Shown here: in pieces, positions 1 through 10,215 of the stretch
Layout of the letters: every line of letters begins with the position of its first letter
How positions within the stretch are numbered: the stretch's first letter is position 1
From: a virus
Taxonomy: Duplodnaviria > Caudoviricetes
DNA: 64,000 bases
Reading direction: 5' to 3' (one strand)
Virus record (IMG/VR): IMGVR_UViG_3300037424_000434
Span: 160,001-224,000 of that record
Program-made: the position numbers and the translations under genes
The notes under the pieces: model-generated
Database searches by the model: none
Told to the model about the DNA's origin: nothing
What the model saw: the letters and a program-made list of their open reading frames with translations, nothing else

Positions 1-60
1 CGTGGACCACAGGCAATCACAACATCCATAGCAACAGATCAAGACACGTATAAACTTTTA

Positions 61-621
61 ATGCCAACCACTTATTCAACCTCTCAGAATCATGGATGGG
101 ATAAGTTTGAGACAGTTGGTTCGAAAGTAAGTGAACTCGTGACCGAAGTAACCCATGCATCACATAACGTGGTCGGGATACATGGGAGTTCTGCCAAAGC
201 CGATGCTCCTTTAATGTATACTGATTCTGATAGAAGAGAGTGGGTATTTGAGTTTCAGTTTATCGTACACTCTGACGCATACCAAGATGTGTGGTTGCCT
301 ATCCAAGAGTTTCTTCGAATGTCAGCACCTTCTGCCGCAACTGGAAATTCTGTTACAGAAAATGTCAACATTAGCATTCCTTATGTTTTCAGTTTACAGA
401 CCAAAACCGGGAATGGATTTAATGTGCCCGTATTGTCGGTAAAGGATGCCGTTATAACATCCATACAACCGAAGTACGAACAACCATATATTTCGGGATA
501 TCCTTCAAAAGCCGAAATGACCATAACGTTTAAGGATCTAAATGTGCTTTTTTCTGATTCCTATAAAACAGATGAGACAAGGAACACCATACCTATCACA
601 ATAAGAGAAAATGGGATATAA
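61..621 (+). CDS. Baseplate/tail-tube initiator protein (T4 gp48/gp54-like)
   Basis: 186 aa, directly upstream of gp53-like gene; composition and position typical of tube-cap proteins; no diagnostic motif. Confidence 0.45.
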   Translation: MPTTYSTSQNHGWDKFETVGSKVSELVTEVTHASHNVVGIHGSSAKADAPLMYTDSDRREWVFEFQFIVHSDAYQDVWLPIQEFLRMSAPSAATGNSVTENVNISIPYVFSLQTKTGNGFNVPVLSVKDAVITSIQPKYEQPYISGYPSKAEMTITFKDLNVLFSDSYKTDETRNTIPITIRENGI

Positions 622-651
622 TTTACCGTAACAAACAACCTGTTGGAGGTT

Positions 652-1017
652 ATGATGGCAGTTAAAAGAGATACTACATTTACGAGAAAGCTCCCACAAA
701 CATCGATGCTTAGATTGTATAATATTCTAATAGATGATAATGGGGATAGGTTTTGTAACATAACAAGAACATACCAAACAAACCCTGAATTACAGAGACA
801 AGACATATATGAGATATATACCGTTGAGGAAGAAGATTGGTGGGATACTATCTCTTTTAGGTTCTATGAGACTCCTTATTTGTGGTGGATAGCGCCGGTT
901 ATTAACAATATAACAAACCCATTTGAGACACTTGAGGTGGGATCGCAGTTAAAAATCTTGAGATATTCCTATATCCCCCAAATATTCGAAGACTTGTCTG
1001 TTATAGAGGAGTTATAA
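652..1017 (+). CDS. gp53: Baseplate wedge protein gp53-like (LysM-like fold)
   Basis: YTVEEEDWWDTISFRFYETPYLWWIAPVINNITNPF pattern; GGAGG RBS at 645-649 favours ATG 652. Confidence 0.8.
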   Translation: MMAVKRDTTFTRKLPQTSMLRLYNILIDDNGDRFCNITRTYQTNPELQRQDIYEIYTVEEEDWWDTISFRFYETPYLWWIAPVINNITNPFETLEVGSQLKILRYSYIPQIFEDLSVIEEL

Positions 1018-2264
1018 TGCTTAATGTAGAAGAAATATTGGGAGTAAAAATATATACCAACAACGGGGATTATATTATTGGTTCAGATGCAATAGAAACC
1101 TTGTATTTTATTGAGGATATCTATAGTACCTCTATCATGGGGAAGATAAAGTTTATTGACACTATCGGATTGCTCGAATTTGGTCCAATAAACGGCAATG
1201 AACGATTTGAGATAAAATTCGGCAACACGGAAAATGATAAATATTATAATACAATTAATTTGTATGGATATAAAATAAAAAGTATTATACCTTCCAGTAA
1301 CACCTCAGTTACTACTGGTAGTTTTATTGAAATGATATTGGTGGATGATACCTTTGCCAAGTTTCATAACAGAAATTGGAGTAAAGCGTGGGTTGATTCA
1401 TATATCCATGATATAGTGGAAGATATAGCAACAAATCATGTTGGGGTTTCGTTTAAACAGATAGAAAAAACCAAAGAAAAGATATCACAGTTTGATACTC
1501 ATCTCAAAACACCAGCAGAAGGTATTCAGTGGCTATCTGAGAGATGTAGCAGCAGTGTACACGGCCAAGCTGGACATTTATTGTATCCATTCAATGACCC
1601 AGATTCTACTGGATACAAGTATAATTTCGTATCATTAGAAACTCTTTTGAGACAAACAAAATTGATGGACCCCGTAGGGGACCGTAATTTGTATGTGTTC
1701 AGTGACAGGAACGAGCAATACCAAAACAAGATATTAAATTATTCCATGTCACATGTTGATTATGCAACATTGAGAACCCTCGCGGGGGCGGTATATCATG
1801 GATTTGATATTAACAGAAAAAAATTGCTTAAGAGAGAATTCACTTACAAAGAAGCAGTGAGTAGATTTACGATTCTTGGTAAGAAAACATTATTTACCAA
1901 CACAATAACACCAGATCATCATATGACAAAGATCGAAACATATGGCAATGAGAATATGATAGATAATTTATGGTTCAGTAGGTGGATAAAACAATACTGT
2001 CTACAACAAACCATTACCCTAAGCGTTGCTGGTAGCGAAAAAAGACATGCCGGGGGGATGATCAAAATTGAATGGCCTAGCACTGATTCCGTGCAAGGCA
2101 TAATCAACAAACAAATGAACGGGAAATATTTGATAAAATCAGTGACCCATTACTTTTCGAAAGATTTTATGCCAGCATATCAACAAAAATTAGTATGTAT
2201 TAAGAATGGATATCAGGATTCTGATAACTCCACTCTCATCAAATCTGTGAACACTAACATATAA
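1017..2264 (+). CDS. Baseplate hub protein (gp27/late-control-D-like)
   Basis: 415 aa between gp53 and gp5; C-terminal GKYLIKSVTHYF motif typical of hub proteins. Confidence 0.65.
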   Translation: MLNVEEILGVKIYTNNGDYIIGSDAIETLYFIEDIYSTSIMGKIKFIDTIGLLEFGPINGNERFEIKFGNTENDKYYNTINLYGYKIKSIIPSSNTSVTTGSFIEMILVDDTFAKFHNRNWSKAWVDSYIHDIVEDIATNHVGVSFKQIEKTKEKISQFDTHLKTPAEGIQWLSERCSSSVHGQAGHLLYPFNDPDSTGYKYNFVSLETLLRQTKLMDPVGDRNLYVFSDRNEQYQNKILNYSMSHVDYATLRTLAGAVYHGFDINRKKLLKREFTYKEAVSRFTILGKKTLFTNTITPDHHMTKIETYGNENMIDNLWFSRWIKQYCLQQTITLSVAGSEKRHAGGMIKIEWPSTDSVQGIINKQMNGKYLIKSVTHYFSKDFMPAYQQKLVCIKNGYQDSDNSTLIKSVNTNI

Positions 2265-2272
2265 GGATTATT

Positions 2273-3514
2273 ATGATCAAGCAAAGTGTGGATAATATAA
2301 TACCAAAGATAACCACTTTAACGGGTATATATCGTGGGGTGGTCGAGAACAATGTTGATCCCCAAAAAATGGGGAGATGCCAGATACGGGTATGGGGGTT
2401 GCATGACGAGCTAAAAGAGGCGTCAAGAATAGAGGGCATTCCAACCGCTAGTCTGCCGTGGTCTGAGCCATGTTTGGGGCTTCTGGAAGGGTCTGTGACT
2501 GGAGCTGGGCTGTTTTCCGTACCATTGCAAGGGTCTCATGTATTTCTCTTCTTTGAGGGGGGTAATTGGAACGCTCCAAGATATTTTGCCACCGCGCCGG
2601 GCCTGCCAACAGAAGCCCCCGACACATCCAAGGGGTTTAATGATCCAGAAGGTAAGTATCCACGTTCTGATAGATTAAATGAGCCTGATTTTCATAGACT
2701 TGCTCGTGGAGAAATAACCGGTACAATAGTTGAACACAAAAACGAAAACCTTGATCTTGGTGTAACCAAAGCAGATACTAGCACGTGGGATGAACCAGAA
2801 TCAGCATATGCCGCGACATACCCTAACAATATAGTTCTTTCCACCCACAGAGGTATATTGATAGAACTTGATAACACAGCGGGAAAGGAGAGGATTCATT
2901 TATACCATCCATCGAATACCTATATCGAAATAGATGTTGAGGGTAATGTGGTTTTCAAAAACGAAGGAAACAAATTTGAGATAACAAAGGGTGATAGAAA
3001 TAAACACATATTTGCCGACGATAACGAAACTATCGATATCGATAAGACAAAAAAAATCGGATCAAACGAGACTGTTGATGTTGGATTGAACAGAACAACA
3101 ACTATTGGTACTAATGAATCTCTTGATATTGGGAGCAACGAAACAGTCGTTGTTGGAATAGATGCAACCAAGAATGTTGGTAATAACTTGGTTGTAACGG
3201 TAGGAACTAATTCTACAAAAACTGTTGGGGCAAATGAACAGATAGATATTACAGGTAACCTAACAGAAACCATTGGGGGTAACTCTACAAAAACTGTTGG
3301 GGCAAATGAACAGATAGACATTACAGGTAACCTAACAGAAACGGTTGGATCTGGGTGGACCATAATAGTCTCGGGACAGGCGATTATTAACGCCACGGGG
3401 GACGTGGAAGTTGTTGCGGGGGGGTCTGCTAGTGTAACTTCTACAGGACCAGCAACAGTACAAGGATCTATTGGTGTGCTGAAAGGTACCTCCAACACGT
3501 TCACGGTGTCCTAA
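2273..3514 (+). CDS. gp5: Baseplate central spike gp5/VgrG-like, no lysozyme domain
   Basis: OB-fold motif YRGVVENNVDPQKMGRCQIRVWGLH..LPWSEP; IELDNTAGKERIHLYHPS; C-terminal 8-aa beta-helix repeats. Confidence 0.9.
   Translation: MIKQSVDNIIPKITTLTGIYRGVVENNVDPQKMGRCQIRVWGLHDELKEASRIEGIPTASLPWSEPCLGLLEGSVTGAGLFSVPLQGSHVFLFFEGGNWNAPRYFATAPGLPTEAPDTSKGFNDPEGKYPRSDRLNEPDFHRLARGEITGTIVEHKNENLDLGVTKADTSTWDEPESAYAATYPNNIVLSTHRGILIELDNTAGKERIHLYHPSNTYIEIDVEGNVVFKNEGNKFEITKGDRNKHIFADDNETIDIDKTKKIGSNETVDVGLNRTTTIGTNESLDIGSNETVVVGIDATKNVGNNLVVTVGTNSTKTVGANEQIDITGNLTETIGGNSTKTVGANEQIDITGNLTETVGSGWTIIVSGQAIINATGDVEVVAGGSASVTSTGPATVQGSIGVLKGTSNTFTVS
3209..3342 (+). repeat. 72-nt near-perfect tandem duplication in gp5 beta-helix
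   Basis: aattctacaaaaactgttggggcaaatgaacagatag... at 3209 and 3281. Confidence 0.9.
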
Positions 3515-3819
3515 TGTCCGATATATTGAAGGTGGGAGATAATGGAAGCGGGATTTGTTATTCTCACGATAGCCCTGTGGTTGTTACGGGGGTATTGGTT
3601 GAGGGGTTTGATGGGTTTGGTATGAATGGTATTTTGGTTTCCGGTGATGGCCATACAGTAAACCTTACCTGTGGACACACAGGTACTTTGATTGCTTCTG
3701 TTAGTGATATGACATGTAATGGTGTTCCTGTGGGCAAACAAGGGGATTCTTGGACCGATGGCACGGGCACAACAACAGGCACAATAACAAACACAAGCGG
3801 CGGGATTACGGAGGGATAA
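3514..3819 (+). CDS. PAAR-like spike tip protein (gp5.4-like)
   Basis: 101 aa right after gp5; C-x-x-H (CYSH), CGH and V-x-x-NG-x-P-V motifs. Confidence 0.75.
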   Translation: MSDILKVGDNGSGICYSHDSPVVVTGVLVEGFDGFGMNGILVSGDGHTVNLTCGHTGTLIASVSDMTCNGVPVGKQGDSWTDGTGTTTGTITNTSGGITEG

Positions 3820-4620
3820 ATGGCACTGCCTAGTTTTCCAACAAATTTAAATGACTTACAATCAGGTACTGTGGGCCGTATGGCGGCGACTTTATCCAAG
3901 ATACAGGTGGCAAAGGTGTTGTTTGATCAGCAAATTTCTGGGGTAGACAATTACCTGAAGGGTCTGTCTGAATTACCGGGATTGCCTGATTTACCTTCTA
4001 TACCGGGAATAAGCGCCCAAGTTACCGTTGTCCAACAACAGGTGTCGGCTAAACTATTAGAGTTGGACGAGATAAGCCAGATAGGAGGGTCTTGTTTGGC
4101 CGGTCCAATGGCGGCTTTGACGGCAATGACCAGTGATGGGTTTGGTTTGGTCAGTAATGCATTAGAGGGGTTTAATGCTGTATTGAATATGCCCTCAGAA
4201 ATGATGGGGATATATGGATTGTATGCCCGTGCGCGTAATATGATCGGAGCGTTGGGCGTGGATAAACTTGTTGCCGCCGCTCTGGGTCAATTGGGATGTT
4301 TGAGTGATAGTTCCATGATAGCCGATACGACAGCCGAACTTGCACAAATCATGAATGCGTTTGGAATGGACGGTACTGGACAAATCACAGACGAATCATT
4401 TCAAGCAAAAATGGCAGGAGATTTGAGTGCTTCGGGTGCAATGCATGGCATAGACCCGGCATTTACGACAAACATGTCTAATGGACTGGGTGAGATGGGG
4501 AAACAGGCAAATATTATGACACAACAAGCAACAGCCAAAGCGCAAGAAGTATTAGCGGGTATTAAGGAGAACGCAAAGTTGGCGATACAGAAAAAACCTT
4601 CACCCCCGGCACTCTGGTGA
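3820..4620 (+). CDS. Hypothetical virion-module protein
   Basis: 266 aa Ala/Gly/Met-rich ORF between PAAR and gp25. Confidence 0.6.
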   Translation: MALPSFPTNLNDLQSGTVGRMAATLSKIQVAKVLFDQQISGVDNYLKGLSELPGLPDLPSIPGISAQVTVVQQQVSAKLLELDEISQIGGSCLAGPMAALTAMTSDGFGLVSNALEGFNAVLNMPSEMMGIYGLYARARNMIGALGVDKLVAAALGQLGCLSDSSMIADTTAELAQIMNAFGMDGTGQITDESFQAKMAGDLSASGAMHGIDPAFTTNMSNGLGEMGKQANIMTQQATAKAQEVLAGIKENAKLAIQKKPSPPALW

Positions 4621-4631
4621 TGACATTTTTT

Positions 4632-4639
4632 GATAAATA
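4632..4639 (+). promoter_or_regulatory. Late promoter variant GATAAATA
   Basis: One mismatch to T4 late consensus TATAAATA, upstream of gp25 RBS; same variant at 10190 and 11899. Confidence 0.55.
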
Positions 4640-4653
4640 TTACTGAGGTAATT

Positions 4654-5040
4654 ATGGCAATAAAAACATGGAAAGACATAGACGGCGCATTGAATCGTAA
4701 AAACAGCGGTGACATTGTGGATATGGTGGGGTTTGATGCTATTAATAATTCATTAATTAACATATTCACAACATTCCAAGGGGAGCGAAGAATGCTCCCA
4801 GAGTTCGCGCTGCCCATATATACTTTGCTGTTCGAGCAGATTGACAATCAATCGGCTAATGTGTTGGCTGAGCTGATAATACAGGCAGTGAATATATGGG
4901 AGCCTAGAATAGTGGTGACAGGCGTAGAGATTGATACTAGACCAGACGAAAATACGTATATAGTGACGCTGAACTACACTGTTATAGGAAACACCAAAGA
5001 ACAAATACAATCATTCGAAACAGTATTGAGGGTTATATAA
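4654..5040 (+). CDS. gp25: Baseplate wedge protein gp25
   Basis: INNSLINIFTTFQGERRMLPEF...WEPRIVVTGV motif; GAGGT RBS before ATG 4654. Confidence 0.9.
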   Translation: MAIKTWKDIDGALNRKNSGDIVDMVGFDAINNSLINIFTTFQGERRMLPEFALPIYTLLFEQIDNQSANVLAELIIQAVNIWEPRIVVTGVEIDTRPDENTYIVTLNYTVIGNTKEQIQSFETVLRVI

Positions 5041-7286
5041 TGGCTGATAAACAATTAATACCGAACTATGTAGACGCTGATTTCGATACAATGAAAACTC
5101 GTCTAAAGACTTTGTTACAACAGGTTGATAACTTTCAGGACTATGATTTCGAGGGTGCTAATATAACGGTTCTTCTTGAATTAATGGCTTATGTTGGTGA
5201 TCTTAATACATTCTATACAAATAGATTAGCACAGAATATCCACACAGAAACCGCTGATATATATGAAGTAGTTCACTCGTTGGTTAGACAGCAAGGATAT
5301 TCTCCCACTGGGTATGTTTCTTCTGAGGTTGTTGTTACCATACGAGTGAGACAACAAGACGATGATCAACTGGTTACATATTTTTCTGAGGGAAACCAGC
5401 TATATATTCCTAGGTGGTTTAAAGTTAATACGGGATTATCCGATGATGCCGGTAATATAATATATTACTGTATGTCCGAGGACTTCACATTTGATGTTAC
5501 GTTGGCTGACATAAAAACTGACTATGACACTGATCTCAGTATCAATTATAACTATGTGGAATTTGATGTTACCCTGAAACAAGGCGAACCTCTACAGGCA
5601 CCCCTTGAATATACTGGTAGGGATATAATCTCAAATCAAATAATATTGCCTTTTGATAACTGGGATATGGGTCTTTATCCATACGAGGATACCAAAGAAT
5701 CTTTGTTGGTTACTGTTGGGTCTAACGAAACTGCTTGGGTGAGAGTGTCTGATTTCTTCGATGAACTATCCGGTCTCAGCGAAGAAAACAATGCATACAT
5801 TTTATCCTATGACAAATACAAAAGGGCAGCATTGTCTTTTTCTAGCACACGAAATATACCAAGCGTTGATGATGACATTAAAGTTTATTTAATAAAATCT
5901 CTTGGCACTGATGGTGTAATTGCGAGAAATACTTTCACGGCAACCAACAAGCCAGACATCGACACTATTCTTGGTGCAGTTGAGGTGCCTTTTTTGACCA
6001 ACATCTCCTCCGCAACAACCATACCGTTGGATAGGTATACTGTTGTTAATACATCGGATTCTGTTGGTGGATCTAATCCACCGGATATCGATGAATTAAA
6101 GGTTGGTGGTGCTGCTTATTCCCACTCACAACTTAGAAACGTCACAAAAGCAGATTATATAGGCAACCTTAACTCTAGAGGAGATATCACGGTATCCAAT
6201 GTGTGGGGGGAGCAAGAACAAAACCCCGGCGTGTTGACATCGACCTATTACAATAGAGCTTATATATCAGCCATACCAACCGAATGGGCTACTGGTACCC
6301 ACAATAACATTAATCTGAAAGAGGTTGTGCCAAATACCGATTTTTCTGGTACGATATCAACGATCTTGGCTTATCCGACGAATTATGCAGAGGATCGTCC
6401 AGTGTTTTCAGTTTTTGACGTGGACACATTTTCCAATGGTGAGATAATCGCGAGTGGAATATATACCAACAGAGCCGTTGATACTGATGGAGCTGGTATC
6501 GGGATGACGGTTGATATTACCATATACAATCAAGTATTAGTGTCTATTACGGTGAATAACTATGGTACGGGCTATGAGATTGGAGATACTGTTGTAGTAT
6601 ATGAAGGGACCACTGGTGGTTGGTCTAACGGGACAGGATCATATGTGGCAACAATTGATTCGTTTGAGTCTGATATCTTCAGCCCAGCATGGACATCTCA
6701 ACTCCTAGCATACCTAGAGCCTCGTAGAATGTTAGGTATATGGGAAGAGTTTATTCTTCCCGAGGTAATCTATTTCCGATTTGATTTTGGGTTAAAAGTA
6801 AAGAGAAGCTATAGCTGGACGGTTGTCAAAGAAGCGATAAAGAACAAGCTGATTTATTATTTCAGAAATAACAATAAATCTTTTGGCGAAACAGTAGATT
6901 TTAGAGAGGTAACCGAATACATATTGGATTTGGGGAATGTCTCACCGACCGACACCTTTTCTATGGTCAGAGGTATTCAGAGTTTGGTGGTGAGAGATGT
7001 TTTGATTCACCGTGATCCGGTTGTGGTAGCTTCAATCGACAATCAACCCGATTGTGAGGGTCTGGGTGGTACATGGACCGGATCGTGTTCTATCATCCCC
7101 GACGAGATGTATATCTTCCCAGATAACGTATATAATTATTATCCACGGTTTGTGGATACTGGGTATTTTAGGACAACCCGCAGTACAGTTGATGATGTAT
7201 ACAATATAATTCAACCTATTAAATTGGGTCACAACCAATTTCCGTTTTTGGCCGCTGATTGTTGTGTGTTCGTAAACGAAGGATAA
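5040..7286 (+). CDS. gp6: Baseplate wedge protein gp6
   Basis: ADFDTMKTRLK..DYDFEGANITVLLELMAYVGDLNTFY N-terminus; GG..PPDIDELK..SQLRNVTKADY. Confidence 0.9.
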   Translation: MADKQLIPNYVDADFDTMKTRLKTLLQQVDNFQDYDFEGANITVLLELMAYVGDLNTFYTNRLAQNIHTETADIYEVVHSLVRQQGYSPTGYVSSEVVVTIRVRQQDDDQLVTYFSEGNQLYIPRWFKVNTGLSDDAGNIIYYCMSEDFTFDVTLADIKTDYDTDLSINYNYVEFDVTLKQGEPLQAPLEYTGRDIISNQIILPFDNWDMGLYPYEDTKESLLVTVGSNETAWVRVSDFFDELSGLSEENNAYILSYDKYKRAALSFSSTRNIPSVDDDIKVYLIKSLGTDGVIARNTFTATNKPDIDTILGAVEVPFLTNISSATTIPLDRYTVVNTSDSVGGSNPPDIDELKVGGAAYSHSQLRNVTKADYIGNLNSRGDITVSNVWGEQEQNPGVLTSTYYNRAYISAIPTEWATGTHNNINLKEVVPNTDFSGTISTILAYPTNYAEDRPVFSVFDVDTFSNGEIIASGIYTNRAVDTDGAGIGMTVDITIYNQVLVSITVNNYGTGYEIGDTVVVYEGTTGGWSNGTGSYVATIDSFESDIFSPAWTSQLLAYLEPRRMLGIWEEFILPEVIYFRFDFGLKVKRSYSWTVVKEAIKNKLIYYFRNNNKSFGETVDFREVTEYILDLGNVSPTDTFSMVRGIQSLVVRDVLIHRDPVVVASIDNQPDCEGLGGTWTGSCSIIPDEMYIFPDNVYNYYPRFVDTGYFRTTRSTVDDVYNIIQPIKLGHNQFPFLAADCCVFVNEG

Positions 7287-7289
7287 GAC

Positions 7290-10187
7290 ATGTCTAGATT
7301 TTCAGATTCTCCATATTTTTTGTTAAAGGATTTTGTTGGCGAAATAACAGCCACTGAAACCGCAGTACTGTCTGTGGAGCAATATAATCAGTGGCCAGAT
7401 GTGGTATTTACTGATATAATATTTGTTGGGGGAGCACAATACCCCGAGACAAGCAATCAATTTGAAAATACCATAGACAAGTATGTAGATTTTGATATAA
7501 ACACTGACTATGCTCAGAAATTTGAATCAGATGCTGTTGTGTGGAATGCCATTCTTGATCTTAATGCTGTTTCCTATTATTCAGATGACACTCTTCCTTC
7601 TGTTGGTATTCTTAGAGGCGGGGATTCATGGGGATCAATAGTTGTTGATGGTGGGAAGTTTATAGACATATACGCCAAACTAGACAATATTGGGTTTGTT
7701 CCCGTTAGATTAAAACCAGTGGCAGAGATTCCCCGAGAAAAAAAATATTTTCGCTTTGATTTTGTTGAGATTAACACTCTGTTGTATGATGGAACTGTTG
7801 TGGTATATAATTCCGATCTGCCAGCGGACGAACCCTATTTTGATAGTAGTTATGTCAGTATTCAGACTATGGATTATATGTATGATATCACCCCTCCTAG
7901 CTGGCGTGATCTTACTATAGATGATATATTGAACAATGGTACTGAGATGTATTTTAGAAAAGACAGTGCTTTTCATGACTGGCTGAATATCGTATCTAAT
8001 GGATACTATCTAGAAAATTATAACGTGGAAGTTGATTCCAGAAATTATGTCAATACGGACAAAAGTTTTATATATTTTGGTGATATATACCCAACAGCAA
8101 AAGATTCTATAGGTGATCCTAATAGATATCACATAGTATTTAATGGCATGAAGGACTGGGTTCAGTCAGCACTTCCTTCTAACAACAGAACAGATAATCT
8201 AGTTGAATTTCTGGATACCCATTTCGACCAAGTATACTCAGAGGGATATCAGTTGCTTAAAGATGTTTGGTCCCTGAGAGATGGCAGAGAATGCAATAAC
8301 AAGTTCCTTGGGTATATACCAACCTTTTATGGAATAGAAAAGGACGATGATATTCCCTCATGGTTCAGTGATAGATATAGAGAATATGCATCAGAGCTTG
8401 TGTGGTTGATGAAACGCAAAGGAACATACGCCGCAATGTACATTATATATGAATTGATGTGTGGCAATTCACCAAACATATTTAATGTGTTGGAGAGGTG
8501 GCACAGTGATCCTCATGTAGACCCAACTGAATACGAAGACCACATATACACCGAACTGTATGGAAAAGAGAATCCAGATGGTTCGTTGGGGGCAGGGGAT
8601 TTTTGGTATGCAAAGTTTAATACTGTAGCATACCCCCAAGGATATTTGGCTTCTGATAACAAGATATTATCTCCGTATTACCGAGTGGATCTTGACCTAA
8701 GCGTCCAGCCAGTAACGACATTTGAGATATTGCCGGAGGATATAGCAAAGGCGTTATACAAGAATTGGGAGCTCCAAAGACCTGTTAACAGACAAGCCGA
8801 GTATAATCTGATATATGCTCCATATTGTGACATATCAGGCAAGTCATATACTTTATATGAAGATGGTTACGCACCCCAAAGCGTAACTTACTCTCCTTCT
8901 AATTTGGTGTTTGATGAGAATAATTATATACACATTCAGAGAGTTCTTACTCCTAACTGGACGGTTGAACATGGATTGAACACCACCGAGGTTATTGTTA
9001 CTGTTTATGATTCAAATCTAGAGGAAGTAGCTCCAACAACCACGAAAATAGTATCGGATAATGTAGTATCTTTGACCTTTGGTGTTAGTGTTATTGGTAT
9101 AGTTGTGGTATCTAGAGCCATTAATACACATTCGCCTTTTGATGCTATTGCGTGGAAGATCCATCATGGCTTGGCTAGAAACGAATCCGTTCACCAAGTA
9201 ATAGATTCTTCAAACATGGTATATCAGCCAACAGAATCTTATATAGAGGATTCTAATACATTGGTTATATCTAATGCGGAGTCTGGAAGTGTCACCCATA
9301 TTAAAGCGGGGTTATCGATAGGTGACACCTATGACAGTGATGATGACGGAATAGAAGACAGTGTTTTGACATCTGATGTTTGGATGTTTAATGATGTGTG
9401 GGTGTCGGGTGATACGACAAATAAAGTAACGACATATGTCTATGAAGGGGTTGAGTATATCGCATGGGTGATAAATCACCCATTACCTGTAAACATTTTC
9501 CAAGTTAACTGTTTTAATGCGGCCAACGAGTATGTTATTCCTCGAAATATTTTAGTAGGCGAAAATTCTGATATCGATTTAACACCACAAGTGGTTGTTC
9601 TGTGGGCCGAAAATGTTATAGAAAATGATCCAAGTGATTACTTTGGGTTTGCTGCTATCACAAAAATAGGTAACCTAGGATCTTTTTATGGAGGTGTGCC
9701 TGTTAATTTAGACGGTGATCCATTGCCTGTTGAATGGAGACTCACCATAGAAAATGAGACAGATATATTTACTTTCTTGACAGAGGGAAGTAGTGAGGCT
9801 CTTGCATTGATCGGGGATGGTACGAAAACAATTCATTATCATGATCCATTGAATCCCTCCAACCCGCTGCCTTATGTATATGGTACCACTGATATACAGG
9901 AAACCAGTGGGGGGTGGTATTATTATACATTTACTGTGTCCAATGAAGCAAAAAAACAGTTAAACGAAGAGGGGTATATGATTCGTTCGATCGAGTTGGT
10001 TAATACCATGGTTACACGAATCGATATGCAAAGAATAATGTATAGTAAGATAAGCGGAATATATAAACCATATGGGGTTAATTTTGTGGGACATTATAGA
10101 ATATTTGGCGGCGATTTGGGTGCTGTCTTGTTGGATCATAAATATAACGTACTATTGGATACATTCGGTGAACCGTTGTATGCATAA
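7290..10187 (+). CDS. Large baseplate wedge protein (gp7-like)
   Basis: 965 aa after gp6; LMKRKGTYAAMYIIY P2-gpI/gp7-like motif. Confidence 0.6.
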   Translation: MSRFSDSPYFLLKDFVGEITATETAVLSVEQYNQWPDVVFTDIIFVGGAQYPETSNQFENTIDKYVDFDINTDYAQKFESDAVVWNAILDLNAVSYYSDDTLPSVGILRGGDSWGSIVVDGGKFIDIYAKLDNIGFVPVRLKPVAEIPREKKYFRFDFVEINTLLYDGTVVVYNSDLPADEPYFDSSYVSIQTMDYMYDITPPSWRDLTIDDILNNGTEMYFRKDSAFHDWLNIVSNGYYLENYNVEVDSRNYVNTDKSFIYFGDIYPTAKDSIGDPNRYHIVFNGMKDWVQSALPSNNRTDNLVEFLDTHFDQVYSEGYQLLKDVWSLRDGRECNNKFLGYIPTFYGIEKDDDIPSWFSDRYREYASELVWLMKRKGTYAAMYIIYELMCGNSPNIFNVLERWHSDPHVDPTEYEDHIYTELYGKENPDGSLGAGDFWYAKFNTVAYPQGYLASDNKILSPYYRVDLDLSVQPVTTFEILPEDIAKALYKNWELQRPVNRQAEYNLIYAPYCDISGKSYTLYEDGYAPQSVTYSPSNLVFDENNYIHIQRVLTPNWTVEHGLNTTEVIVTVYDSNLEEVAPTTTKIVSDNVVSLTFGVSVIGIVVVSRAINTHSPFDAIAWKIHHGLARNESVHQVIDSSNMVYQPTESYIEDSNTLVISNAESGSVTHIKAGLSIGDTYDSDDDGIEDSVLTSDVWMFNDVWVSGDTTNKVTTYVYEGVEYIAWVINHPLPVNIFQVNCFNAANEYVIPRNILVGENSDIDLTPQVVVLWAENVIENDPSDYFGFAAITKIGNLGSFYGGVPVNLDGDPLPVEWRLTIENETDIFTFLTEGSSEALALIGDGTKTIHYHDPLNPSNPLPYVYGTTDIQETSGGWYYYTFTVSNEAKKQLNEEGYMIRSIELVNTMVTRIDMQRIMYSKISGIYKPYGVNFVGHYRIFGGDLGAVLLDHKYNVLLDTFGEPLYA

Positions 10188-10189
10188 TT

Positions 10190-10197
10190 GATAAATA
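10190..10197 (+). promoter_or_regulatory. Late promoter variant GATAAATA
   Basis: Intergenic, upstream of AAGGAG RBS of 10216 ORF. Confidence 0.55.
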
Positions 10198-10215
10198 TAG
10201 TAAAGGAGTAACCAA

